Below the pieces are notes generated by a model. That model ran no database searches. It was not told the DNA's origin and was given only the letters and a program-made list of their open reading frames with translations. DNA of 48,629 nucleotides from Promethearchaeota archaeon (GTDB lineage Archaea > Asgardarchaeota > Lokiarchaeia > Sigyniarchaeales > SOKP01): positions 1 to 48,629 of the forward strand of contig SOKP01000068.1 of NCBI GenBank assembly GCA_004375715.1. The letters run 5' to 3'. Of the stretch, positions 27,574 to 36,606 are shown one piece after another (position 1 is the stretch's first letter; every line of letters starts with the position of its first letter). A program made the translations under genes and the position numbers.

Positions 27574-28143
27574 GTGTTAAAAATCAAAATTAAAAGTTTT
27601 ATTTGGATATTGCCATTAATTGGCGGACTTCTAACGCTCAGAGCAATTTTTACTCCAGCAGCTTATTATTTTGAGAGTAGTGGGCACTTAATTTTTTGGA
27701 TGTGGGGTTGGTATGATAGATTAGGTATATGGGATTATGGCATGGCAAAGGGATTTATTTCTGATCCGTTGATCCTTAATATTGGAATTATATGTACTGT
27801 ATTAATAATAGTTGGTGCGTCCATCTTCATCGTTAACAGCATTTCAGCGGCTTTTATATTTAGGAAAGGTAATAGGTTTACCAAAATTGTATTATGGGTA
27901 TGGTTTTTATGTGGAATATTACTTATTATAGCACCAATCTTTTGGATGGCAATGGTACAAATTTTTCCACCATTTTCACCAATTCCTGTTGGTAGTGACC
28001 CCCCTCTTAATTTCTGGAGCGTTTTTTTTCCAGCCTGGGCAGTTATAGCCCCAATTATAACTGGTGCTTTATCTTGTGGTACTATTATTCTATTTAAAAT
28101 AATAATTGTTAAATCATATAAGAAAGCAAATAGAAAAATTTAG
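27574..28143 (+). CDS. Trp-rich small integral membrane protein (about 5 TM), stand-alone copy
   Basis: 189 aa, GTG start. Motifs IWILPLIGGLL, FWMWGWY. Paralog of 29644..30183, and nearly identical to the C-terminal module of 30554..32857. Confidence 0.65.
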   Translation: MLKIKIKSFIWILPLIGGLLTLRAIFTPAAYYFESSGHLIFWMWGWYDRLGIWDYGMAKGFISDPLILNIGIICTVLIIVGASIFIVNSISAAFIFRKGNRFTKIVLWVWFLCGILLIIAPIFWMAMVQIFPPFSPIPVGSDPPLNFWSVFFPAWAVIAPIITGALSCGTIILFKIIIVKSYKKANRKI

Positions 28144-28151
28144 AAAAAAAA
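27574..28151 (+). repeat. Direct repeat copy A (pairs with 32283..32865)
   Basis: 27752-28151 and 32466-32865 align at a constant offset of 4714 nt, with only 2 mismatches that I could find. The 5' ~180 nt are clearly homologous but much more divergent, with indels. Confidence 0.85.
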
Positions 28152-28153
28152 AA

Positions 28154-29442
28154 TTAAATTTTTTCAGCTATCAAATCAATTATGTCAATTACTTGAATTT
28201 TTTCTCGAACTTCAGCGTCCATTTCTTTATAGGCATCACTCAAATTACCAACGCAGAACGGACAACTCGTAGTTAAGATTTTTGCGCCCGTGTCTATGGC
28301 TTCTTGTATTCTTTCTTTTGAGATATCAAGGGCTAAATCGGGAAACTCACTTTTTACGCCTCCTCCGGCTCCACAGCACCAAGCATTATTCCGATTTCTT
28401 TTCATTTCTTTTAATTCTAATCCCGGAATTTTAAGTAGGACATCTCTGGGTATCTCATATAGATTCATATGTCGTCCTAAATGGCATGGATCGTGCCACG
28501 TTACTGTTTCCGAACCCTCAACTGATTTAAACGGTATCTCGTTATTATTCAGCATTTCAACTAATATTTCTGTTATGTGTTTTACTTCAAACGGCAATTC
28601 TTCGCCTAACAATTCGGGATAATCTTTTTTCCACGTTCTATAACATCCCGCACATGCCGTAAATATCGTTTTAGCTCCCATGTTTTTAAAAACTTCTATG
28701 TTATGTTTAATAATATCAATTACAGAGCTCTCATCTCCAATTCTCAAGGCTACTGAACCGCAACACCACTCGTCTTTAGACATCGCGATATCTTTTCCAG
28801 CCGCTTTTAAAATTTTCATCATGCTTTTTAACGTATCTACTTGTCTTAAAGGCATCGTGCACCCTCCAAAGAATACGAATTCACCTTTATCCTTGATTTC
28901 GGGAAATTCGGTTGTCCATTCGAATTTTTTTGCTTCTTCTTCGCCGTAGGGATTTCTCATACTTTCATCGTTCATGTAATCAATTAACTTCCCGTGTTTA
29001 TCAAGGGGGGCGAAGCCAGCGTCTACAAGATCTTTTCGCAGCGCTTCCCATACTTTTACATGATCGATCCATTTAGATGTATTAAGAACGATATATTCGT
29101 TTTGAGACATATGACACACCTCGGTGCAGCTACCGCATTCTGAGCACTGGTAGACAAATTCAGCAAGTTCCTTGGAAAGAGGAATCTGTTCTTCTAATAT
29201 ACTTTTAAGAATATTCATTCTTCCTCGAGCAAAATAAATTTCAAAACCCTCGTCCCCTTTGGCTTCCTTAACCGGACAAGTTAAATATCTTTCAACTGCC
29301 GGTCGAATGGCATACCCGCAATCACCACACCCCCTTCAGAATATATATTAAATATATTTTTCTGCGGTTAAGGATAAATTCCAAAATCTATACACGAAAA
29401 GATTGCTTTCCATTCTTCCTTTAAATGTTTTAATTCACTCAT
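28154..29442 (-). pseudogene. GlcF/HdrD-like CCG-domain Fe-S oxidoreductase, with the reading frame interrupted by a 56-nt intervening sequence near the 5' end (a pseudogene, or spliced/recoded)
   Basis: The track ORF 28154..29218 carries CSECGSCTEVC and two CCG motifs (CCGSVAL, CCGAGGG). Its frame continues upstream to 29335 and encodes RGCGDCGYAIRPAVERYLTCPVKEAKG. A separate 24-codon ORF (29442..29371, stop at 29370..29368) encodes MSELKHLKEEWKAIFSCIDFGIYP and resembles the N-terminus of the paralog at 44537 (MERLKELEKEIYKCIHCKAC). Confidence 0.65.
29330..29385 (-). other. 56-nt AT-rich intervening sequence splitting the first CxxCxxC motif of the CCG Fe-S gene
   Basis: Deleting exactly 29330-29385 joins ...AIFSCID to CGDCGYAIRP..., giving CIDCGDC...CP in frame. 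The insert contains an imperfect hairpin: CAGAAAAAUAUAU-UUA-AUAUAUAUUCUG on the sense strand. Confidence 0.55.
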
Positions 29443-29643
29443 TTTTAATTATGTTAATAGTTAAATCTTAATAATACTTACGTGTGAAACCTATATAAAT
29501 CTATATCTAATCATAATTAATGCAAGTTAAGTGTCTTAATTTCTTCGCAAACCAACCAACACATTTTTAAAGGTTGGTCGGGTTTTTCACTCATTTCACA
29601 TGGCTTCAAAACCGCTGCTACATTGTAAATTCGGAATATCAAG

Positions 29644-30183
29644 CTATCTCTTGAATCGTTTACTGTATTTTCCCGCAATAATAGCTAAAATACCTGAAAA
29701 TAATGGCCCAATTATTCCAAAATTAAAGTTAAAATAAAACCAAATCATTGCATTATATTGAAAAGCAGGCGGGTAAAATTCACTCCATAATTCATGTAAA
29801 ATTACTCCATAATTCATAAATGTAATAATTACTGCCCAGGTTATATTTATAATAATAATTAAAATTCCACTAGCTATCCATAACATTCGTGTATCAATTA
29901 TAGTTTTAGAATTTTTTCGAATTTGGTTAGCAGTAATAAAGATTATTATAGAAAATATTAAAGTTAGGACTGAACATCCAATGCCAACCATAGAAAAAAT
30001 ATCAGTTAGAAAAATAGTATTTGCACCAATATAACCTGTTTGGACCCACATTCCCCACATCCAGAAATCCATTTTTATATAACCGGCAAAATCTGCAGTA
30101 CCAGCAGGAAAAAAAATGGACATAATACCTAGAAGACCAGCAACAAAAGGAGCCAACCAAACATAATTTCTAATTTCGACCAT
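29644..30183 (-). CDS. Trp-rich small integral membrane protein, divergent paralog
   Basis: The 179 aa are colinear with 27574..28143: VWLAPFVAGLLG/IWILPLIGGLLT, DFWMWGMW/IFWMWGWY, GIGCSVL/GIICTVL, ASGILIII/LCGILLII. Confidence 0.6.
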   Translation of the reverse strand: MVEIRNYVWLAPFVAGLLGIMSIFFPAGTADFAGYIKMDFWMWGMWVQTGYIGANTIFLTDIFSMVGIGCSVLTLIFSIIIFITANQIRKNSKTIIDTRMLWIASGILIIIINITWAVIITFMNYGVILHELWSEFYPPAFQYNAMIWFYFNFNFGIIGPLFSGILAIIAGKYSKRFKR

Positions 30184-30553
30184 ATTTTTATTTTATGCTT
30201 TAAATTTAGGATAGTTTAAACATATTAAAATTAATTAAATTCTCAATATAACATTTTGCCTTTTTGAATAAAGCAACTAAAACTGCAAAAATACCTTAAG
30301 TATAAATTTATTGAATGAGATTGTTCGAAGAATGGCACAATTTAAGACTAATTAATTCAAAGAATTTTTTAAAGATCCTTTAAAAAAAAGATGATTTTAA
30401 TAAAAACATAAAAATTGATAAAATTTATATAAGTAAATAATATTAAGGAACATCGCTACATACATCACGCAGAAGAAAGCCTAATATTGCAATAAAATTA
30501 AATTTAGAATTCTGTTACATTATTGAAAAAATATTACAGATTATTAAGCTAAC

Positions 30554-32857
30554 ATGAAGGAAAAGAAGTTAACATTATATGCTATGGCAAAATTTGTAAC
30601 TCGCGAAGTTATATTGCTAGAGCAAATTCATTATTCAGATGCTTTTCAGACTAGGCTTTTAGAAAATTACAAAAAAAGTCAAAAATTTCTTAGAAATAAA
30701 ATTATTACCACAAAGATTTCTAGTGCTATTATATTTGGAGTTTTACCAATAATTCCTTTACTAACTTATTTAAAAATAATCCAATATCTTAGTAATCCCT
30801 CAATTTCAATAGAGATTATGATGTTTGGAGGAAGTTTGATATTCTCTATCTTTTTTCTGGTCCAATTTTTTAATTTCTTCTTATTAGCAATGATAAATAC
30901 TACCATGATTATGTCAGGGGAGAGTTTTGAGTGGTATGAATCATTACCAATTTCTAGAGAGAGATTAAAAAAATTAGTTTTATTTACTATTTTTCGTAGT
31001 TTAGATTTACCAATTATTGTTATTTTAATGGCGTTTCCGATAATAATGTTTATTGGAACTTTAGATGTTGTTCTTTTATTAATTTGTTCGGGTGTTTCTA
31101 TCTTAAATTTTATATTCTCTTTCTTTATTCTTTTAATATTTACTGAAAGGGTAAATCGAATTATGGATATCAACGAGATTAACTCGAAAAAAGGAATTTT
31201 TATTAGGTTATTAAACATGTTTAGTTATATTTTTATTGTTGTTGGTAGTGTTTATTTTATACAGTGGATATCAAATTCGTTGGATACGTTCTTTAATTTG
31301 TTTTTAAATTATGAATATCCTGTATTAATAAATCTTATTTTAACTATAATTCCTTTTCCTCTTAATTCAGGGTACATTGTTTCATTATTTATAAAACCCA
31401 ACCAAGTTCCTTTTCAACTATGGCTAAATTCATTTTTAGGTTTACTGATATTTATCATTCTAATATGGTTGATTTATAAAAAATCCTTAGAATGGCTTGA
31501 TCCTGCTATTTTTTCAAAATATAAACCAATAAAGAAAAGTATCCTTTCAGATAGTAATAACATTTTGGTTAAGATTAAAACCACTTCTCCTATTATCGCT
31601 TATTTACGAAAAGATTTGGTAATTATATCTCGTGACCTTAAAGCCTTCACATCATTGATAATGCCAATATTTATTTCTTTTGTGTTTACATTTTCCTATA
31701 GCTTCATTAATATTGGTGGAATAGCCTTTTTAGATAGAGATTTTATTTTTAATTGGTTATTCTTAGTTGGTTTTAACTTAATAACCTCAGGGATAATTGT
31801 TAATGGGATGTTGAATATTGAAGACGCAAATGACACTATAAGAGCATCCTTGCCAATTATTTCAAGGGATCAAGCAAAAGCGAAATTGATTGTAATATTC
31901 TTAATCCAAACACTTTCAGTAATTAGCCCAATTCTTTTATTTATTACAAATCCAGCCTTTATTGATGTTTTAATAACTTTCTTGGGAACTTTACCGTTTT
32001 CATGGTTATTTCTTTTTATCATGTTTGAAATGCGAATAATATTTTTTAGTAGAATGAGAAATCATTATGTTACAGAGGAAACTTTTCCCGAGAATAAAAC
32101 TATTAAGTGGATTATTATCTATATTATAGTTTATCTCCTTTTTATTTGTATTTTTTACGCTTTAGTTTATGTATATTTTACTGAGGGAATTATGAATGCT
32201 ATAACATTTTCCATTATTGTATTTAGCATAGGCTTTGTTAGTACCATTCTTATTTTCGATAATTTATTTCCTAATATTCGAAATGTTAAAATCAAAATTA
32301 AAAGTTTTATTTGGATATTGCCATTAATTTGCGGACTTATAACGCTCAGAGCAATTTTTGCTCCAGCAGCCTATTATTTTGGGAGGAATAAATTTCCACT
32401 CTTAATTTTTTGGATGTGGGGTTGGTATTATAGAAAAGGTATATGGGAGTGGGGCACGGCAGAGAGATTTATTTCTGATCCGTTGATCCTTAATATTGGA
32501 ATTATATGTACTGTATTAATAATAGTTGGTGCGTCCATCTTCATCGTTAACAGCATTTCAGCGGCTTTTATATTTAGGAAAGGTAATAGGTTTACCAAAA
32601 TTGTATTATGGGTATGGTTTTTATGTGGAATATTACTTATTATAGCACCAATCTTTTGGATGGCAATGGTACAAATTTTTCCACCATTTTCACCAATTCC
32701 TGTTGGTAGTGACCCCCCTCTTAATTTCTGGAGCGTTTTTTTTCCAGCCTGGGCAGTTATAGCCCCAATTATAACTGGTGCTTTATCTTGTGGTACTATT
32801 ATTCTATTTAAAATAATATTTGGTAAATCATATAAGAAAGCAAATAGAAAAATTTAG
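30554..32857 (+). CDS. Polytopic membrane protein: the same permease-like scaffold as 2..2068, fused to a C-terminal Trp-rich membrane module
   Basis: 767 aa. The scaffold is homologous to ORF 2..2068 up to FDNLFPNI. From NVKIKIKSFIWILPLICG onward it is the 27574..28143 module. The last ~130 aa differ at 2 residues from the stand-alone copy. Confidence 0.7.
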   Translation: MKEKKLTLYAMAKFVTREVILLEQIHYSDAFQTRLLENYKKSQKFLRNKIITTKISSAIIFGVLPIIPLLTYLKIIQYLSNPSISIEIMMFGGSLIFSIFFLVQFFNFFLLAMINTTMIMSGESFEWYESLPISRERLKKLVLFTIFRSLDLPIIVILMAFPIIMFIGTLDVVLLLICSGVSILNFIFSFFILLIFTERVNRIMDINEINSKKGIFIRLLNMFSYIFIVVGSVYFIQWISNSLDTFFNLFLNYEYPVLINLILTIIPFPLNSGYIVSLFIKPNQVPFQLWLNSFLGLLIFIILIWLIYKKSLEWLDPAIFSKYKPIKKSILSDSNNILVKIKTTSPIIAYLRKDLVIISRDLKAFTSLIMPIFISFVFTFSYSFINIGGIAFLDRDFIFNWLFLVGFNLITSGIIVNGMLNIEDANDTIRASLPIISRDQAKAKLIVIFLIQTLSVISPILLFITNPAFIDVLITFLGTLPFSWLFLFIMFEMRIIFFSRMRNHYVTEETFPENKTIKWIIIYIIVYLLFICIFYALVYVYFTEGIMNAITFSIIVFSIGFVSTILIFDNLFPNIRNVKIKIKSFIWILPLICGLITLRAIFAPAAYYFGRNKFPLLIFWMWGWYYRKGIWEWGTAERFISDPLILNIGIICTVLIIVGASIFIVNSISAAFIFRKGNRFTKIVLWVWFLCGILLIIAPIFWMAMVQIFPPFSPIPVGSDPPLNFWSVFFPAWAVIAPIITGALSCGTIILFKIIFGKSYKKANRKI

Positions 32858-32865
32858 AAAAAAAA
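32283..32865 (+). repeat. Direct repeat copy B (pairs with 27574..28151)
   Basis: See copy A. It retains the module's ancestral ATG (32283-85), out of frame because the following A-run is A4 rather than A5. Confidence 0.85.
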
Positions 32866-32996
32866 TGCGAAGAACCTATTACCGAAATATTATTAGAATT
32901 CGAATGTGATGAAGAGGTTAAAACTGATCCCGAGATTTTAGAGCAATATTGAGGTTACTTAATTCAATAAAATATCTAAATCATGCTTTAACTCAC

Positions 32997-34529
32997 TCAT
33001 TTCTTTCTTTCACCCCAAAAATTAAATTTTCCTCTACTTAAAATCATTTTCGGATCTAAAGTTTCTTTTATTGACTTCATAAAATTATAATACTCTGGCG
33101 TGTAAGCTCCTATGTCGACCATCAGACGAGACATGAAATCTCCCATCATATACCACTGAACCCCGTTTTTAGTCACTCTTTCTAATAACGATTTCCAGAG
33201 CTTTAAACCTAACTCCTTGAGAATTTCATGATTTTCTCCATCGAAATAACTTCCAAAACTAGTAAAACCACACGTTATTTCTACATTGTTTCCATCAATT
33301 AATAAAATTGGTCCACTCCCTGTAATCGGACGAGTTTTCGTTATATTTAAAATTTTTTGCATATCTTCATTATGTTCCATGTCCCATTGGTCGATATCGT
33401 TTAAAATCTCAGGATATAAATTGATTGGACTAAAAGATTCTGCTGTTAATGGTTCCAGGCCGGGAGTCATACCCCATAAGTTATGATAGAATTGCCAATG
33501 GCCTTGTTCGGTGTAATTCCATTTAGCGATGTTTCCGTCAGAAATTTCTGAACCTAATTTTTCGGTCTTATTATTTTGCATAATTTCATCTAATTGTTTT
33601 ACTTTCTCCTCTAATTCATTTTCCGAATTTGCTTCGATCGTATAAAAGATCATTCCTCTCTTTTTTTTCAAGTTCTCCCAAAACGGAAACATTCCTTGGT
33701 CACAACCTATTCTAACAATAAGATCCATCATATACATAACATCGTAAACATCAATTCCCTTTTGCCTGATTTCAGTCATTATTTTTGCCGAAACTTCTCT
33801 TTCTTTTCGAGGTAATTGAAATGTTTTATATGCTGCGAACGGTGGTCTTGGAAATATTTGTAACGAAACTTTAGTTTTCACGCCAAAAATTCCATTGTCT
33901 CCACAGAAAAGCCCAGCTAAATCAGGACCATTACCAAATCGATTGAAAGGGAACTTGGAGTACTTATTAGCTTGAGAACCCGTTTCAATGATATCACCCG
34001 TCGGAAGTACTACCTCCAATGAAACCAATTGATTAGTACATGCACCATATTTTGCACATCCCCCTCCACCTACTGAGTGATGAGATATTCCGCCTCCTAC
34101 TGCCGCAGTCATTCCAGAACCCGGTCCCATACAACCCGTATAAAGTCCATAGTGACACAAGTATTCGTTTAATTTTCCCCACGAAATTCCGGCTTCAACG
34201 GTTACGATAAGATTTTCTTGATCTAAATTGATAATGTTGTTCATTCTTTTCATATCTAATACTATTCCACCATCCCCAATGGGTTTGCTTCCACCAAATT
34301 CACAACCCCCACCTCCACGAGGCGTAACGGGGATATTTTCAATGTTTGCAATTTTAAGAATTTCTGAAATCTCTTGAGCATCCTTCGGTCTAATTACTAT
34401 ATCAGGCACTCCTTGCAAAACGGGATCTACATTTCTTGAATAGGCGTGCCGTACATAAATACTATTGGAGATGTATTTCTCTTTCACAATTTCTTCTAAT
34501 TTTTTATATACTTCAGACAATCTTGTCAA
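32997..34529 (-). CDS. FAD-binding (PCMH/VAO-type, GlcD/D-lactate dehydrogenase-like) oxidoreductase, tandem paralog 1
   Basis: FAD_binding_4-like N-terminus: VIRPKDAQEISEILKIANIENIPVTPRGGGG...GGIVLDMKRMNNIINLD...VTVEAGISW. TTG start. About 75% aa identity to 34994..36511 by eye. Confidence 0.8.
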   Translation of the reverse strand: MTRLSEVYKKLEEIVKEKYISNSIYVRHAYSRNVDPVLQGVPDIVIRPKDAQEISEILKIANIENIPVTPRGGGGCEFGGSKPIGDGGIVLDMKRMNNIINLDQENLIVTVEAGISWGKLNEYLCHYGLYTGCMGPGSGMTAAVGGGISHHSVGGGGCAKYGACTNQLVSLEVVLPTGDIIETGSQANKYSKFPFNRFGNGPDLAGLFCGDNGIFGVKTKVSLQIFPRPPFAAYKTFQLPRKEREVSAKIMTEIRQKGIDVYDVMYMMDLIVRIGCDQGMFPFWENLKKKRGMIFYTIEANSENELEEKVKQLDEIMQNNKTEKLGSEISDGNIAKWNYTEQGHWQFYHNLWGMTPGLEPLTAESFSPINLYPEILNDIDQWDMEHNEDMQKILNITKTRPITGSGPILLIDGNNVEITCGFTSFGSYFDGENHEILKELGLKLWKSLLERVTKNGVQWYMMGDFMSRLMVDIGAYTPEYYNFMKSIKETLDPKMILSRGKFNFWGERKK

Positions 34530-34644
34530 ACCTCTTAAAAATTTTATAAAACACTTAATAATAGACTCTATAAATTACTTAAATGTATTCTAATTGTGTT
34601 AATTATCATTATTTTATTTATTTTCAAACTTTCTCATTTTTTAA

Positions 34645-34959
34645 TCATTCTTCAATACATTTCCAAGAATCTGCAATTATATGATATTCAGCAAATTTAT
34701 CGCTAATTTTAACATCAGGATTATTATAATCACTCTCAAGCTTCGTGACTTTCCCAGTTATTTCGATCTGACCTTCACAAGAAATCTGGCCCTTAGTATA
34801 TACTATAATTTGATAACTATCAGCTAAGTCGAAATAATTCATGTGTGGATGAGAATTAATAAGAGCAGTCATATGTTGCCAGATTACATTAGAAATTCTA
34901 CCTTTTACTTTAACTGTATTTCCCACATTATTTTCAAGATAAGTCCTTTTGTTAAACAT
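34645..34959 (-). CDS. Small hypothetical protein (beta-rich, OB-fold-like pattern)
   Basis: 104-aa ORF lying between the two FAD-oxidase paralogs on the same strand. VKVKGRISNVIW...IIVYTKGQISCEGQIEITGKV suggests a beta-barrel. I recognise no motif. Confidence 0.45.
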   Translation of the reverse strand: MFNKRTYLENNVGNTVKVKGRISNVIWQHMTALINSHPHMNYFDLADSYQIIVYTKGQISCEGQIEITGKVTKLESDYNNPDVKISDKFAEYHIIADSWKCIEE

Positions 34960-34993
34960 GTTTTTTACTTCTTTTTCTAATTATATTTGCTTA

Positions 34994-36511
34994 TTATTTT
35001 TCTCCCCAAAAATTAAACTTTCCTCTACTTAAAATAAATCGCGGATCAAGTGTTTTTTTAATTGATTTCAAGAATTGTAAGTACTCTGGCTGAAACGCTC
35101 CAATTTCAACCAATAGTCTACTTAGAATATCTCCTACCATGTACCATGTTACTCCGTGTTTAGTTATTCTTTCGAGTAGCGATTTCCAAAGTTTGATGTT
35201 TAATTCTTTAAGAAATTCATAATTTGTTCCATCAATATAGCTTTCGAAGCTTGTAACTCCGGTTGTTAACTCAACATTGTGATCACCAATTAAGATAATT
35301 GGACCTGCTCCAGAAATTGGTCTCATTCCTGAAACCTCTAAAATTTGTTCCATTTCTTTAGAGTGTTCAAAATCCCAAAGTTCTACATCTTTTAAAATTC
35401 CGGGATAAGCGGTAATTGGCGTGTGGCATTCTGCGTCTAATGCTGTAAAGCCAGGGATTAACCCCCATAAATTATGTGCAATTAACCAATGTCCTTGCTC
35501 TTCGTAATGCCATTTCCCTATGTTCCCGTCTGCAATTTCTGGACCTAATTCTTCTGCTTTATTTTGTAGAAAAATCTTGTCTAACTGTTTAACTTTCTCT
35601 TCAAGTTCTTTTTCTGAGTTAGCTTCTACTGTGTAAAACATTGTACCCCTTTTTCTCTTTAAGTTTTCCCATAAAGGAAAAATTCCTTTTTCTGTGCCTA
35701 CTCTTACTAATAAATCCATAAAATACATCGAATCGTAAACATCAATCCCTTTAAGCCTAAATTCAGTAAAAATTTTTGCTGATATTTCTTCAGATTTTCG
35801 AGGCATGAGAAATGTTTTATAATCCGCAAATGGAGGTTTTGGAAAAACTTGTAATGATATTTGGGTTTTCACTCCAAAAATTCCGTTATCGCCGCAAAAA
35901 AGGCTTGCGAAGTCAGGACCGTTTCCGAATCTATTAAACGGAAATTTTGAATATTTGTTTGCTTGCGAACCTGTTTCAATTATTTCCCCAGTTGGTAGAA
36001 CGACCTCTAAAGAAACTAATTGGTTCGTACATGACCCATATTTAGCACATCCCCCACCTCCAACTGATTGATGAGAGATACCACCTCCAACTGAAGCTGT
36101 CAGTCCGGATCCAGGACCTAAACATCCCGTATATAATCCGAAATTGCATAAATAATCGTTCAATTTTCCCCACGATATGCCTGCTTCGACGGTAACAATA
36201 AGATTTTCTTGGTCTAGATTAAGGATATTGTTCATTCGCTTCAAATCCAAGACAATTCCACTATCACCAATGGGTTTGCTGCCACCGAATTCACAGTCTC
36301 CACCTCCACGAGGTATAACAGCTATATTTTCGTCGTTAGCAACCTTAAGAATTTCAGAAATTTCTTGAGCGTTCTTTGGTCTTATAACGATATCTGGAAC
36401 CCCTTGTAATACGGGGTCTACAGTCCTCGAATAAGCGTGTCTTACATAAAGACTATCTGAAATGCAATTTTTTGATACAATCTTTTCAAGTTTTTGATAT
36501 AATTCTGACAA
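34994..36511 (-). CDS. FAD-binding (PCMH/VAO-type, GlcD/D-lactate dehydrogenase-like) oxidoreductase, tandem paralog 2
   Basis: Same motifs as 32997..34529 (VIRPKNAQEISEILKVANDENIAVIPRGGGD...). TTG start directly after an in-frame TAA-GAC, with SD-like AAGGA upstream. Confidence 0.8.
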   Translation of the reverse strand: MSELYQKLEKIVSKNCISDSLYVRHAYSRTVDPVLQGVPDIVIRPKNAQEISEILKVANDENIAVIPRGGGDCEFGGSKPIGDSGIVLDLKRMNNILNLDQENLIVTVEAGISWGKLNDYLCNFGLYTGCLGPGSGLTASVGGGISHQSVGGGGCAKYGSCTNQLVSLEVVLPTGEIIETGSQANKYSKFPFNRFGNGPDFASLFCGDNGIFGVKTQISLQVFPKPPFADYKTFLMPRKSEEISAKIFTEFRLKGIDVYDSMYFMDLLVRVGTEKGIFPLWENLKRKRGTMFYTVEANSEKELEEKVKQLDKIFLQNKAEELGPEIADGNIGKWHYEEQGHWLIAHNLWGLIPGFTALDAECHTPITAYPGILKDVELWDFEHSKEMEQILEVSGMRPISGAGPIILIGDHNVELTTGVTSFESYIDGTNYEFLKELNIKLWKSLLERITKHGVTWYMVGDILSRLLVEIGAFQPEYLQFLKSIKKTLDPRFILSRGKFNFWGEK

Positions 36512-36606
36512 GTCTTAAATCCTTTTAATTATGGATTAAAATAATATATATTGGAAAGTTTTGATTATTTAAATGTATCTCAATTATTACTTATGGGGTA
36601 AGAAAA

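Noticed and set aside
29336-29338. In-frame TGA just upstream of RGCGDCG, considered as a possible selenocysteine codon
   Set aside because: The same frame has a further stop (TAA at 29348-50) immediately upstream. The true N-terminus is in another frame, and the position does not correspond to a Cys of the cluster motif.
32858-32996. Short frame ending ...EFECDEEVKTDPEILEQY-stop, resembling the C-terminus (...IEVEQY-stop) of 40048..40581
   Set aside because: The similarity covers only about 4-5 residues and an in-frame stop lies just upstream. It is probably coincidental.
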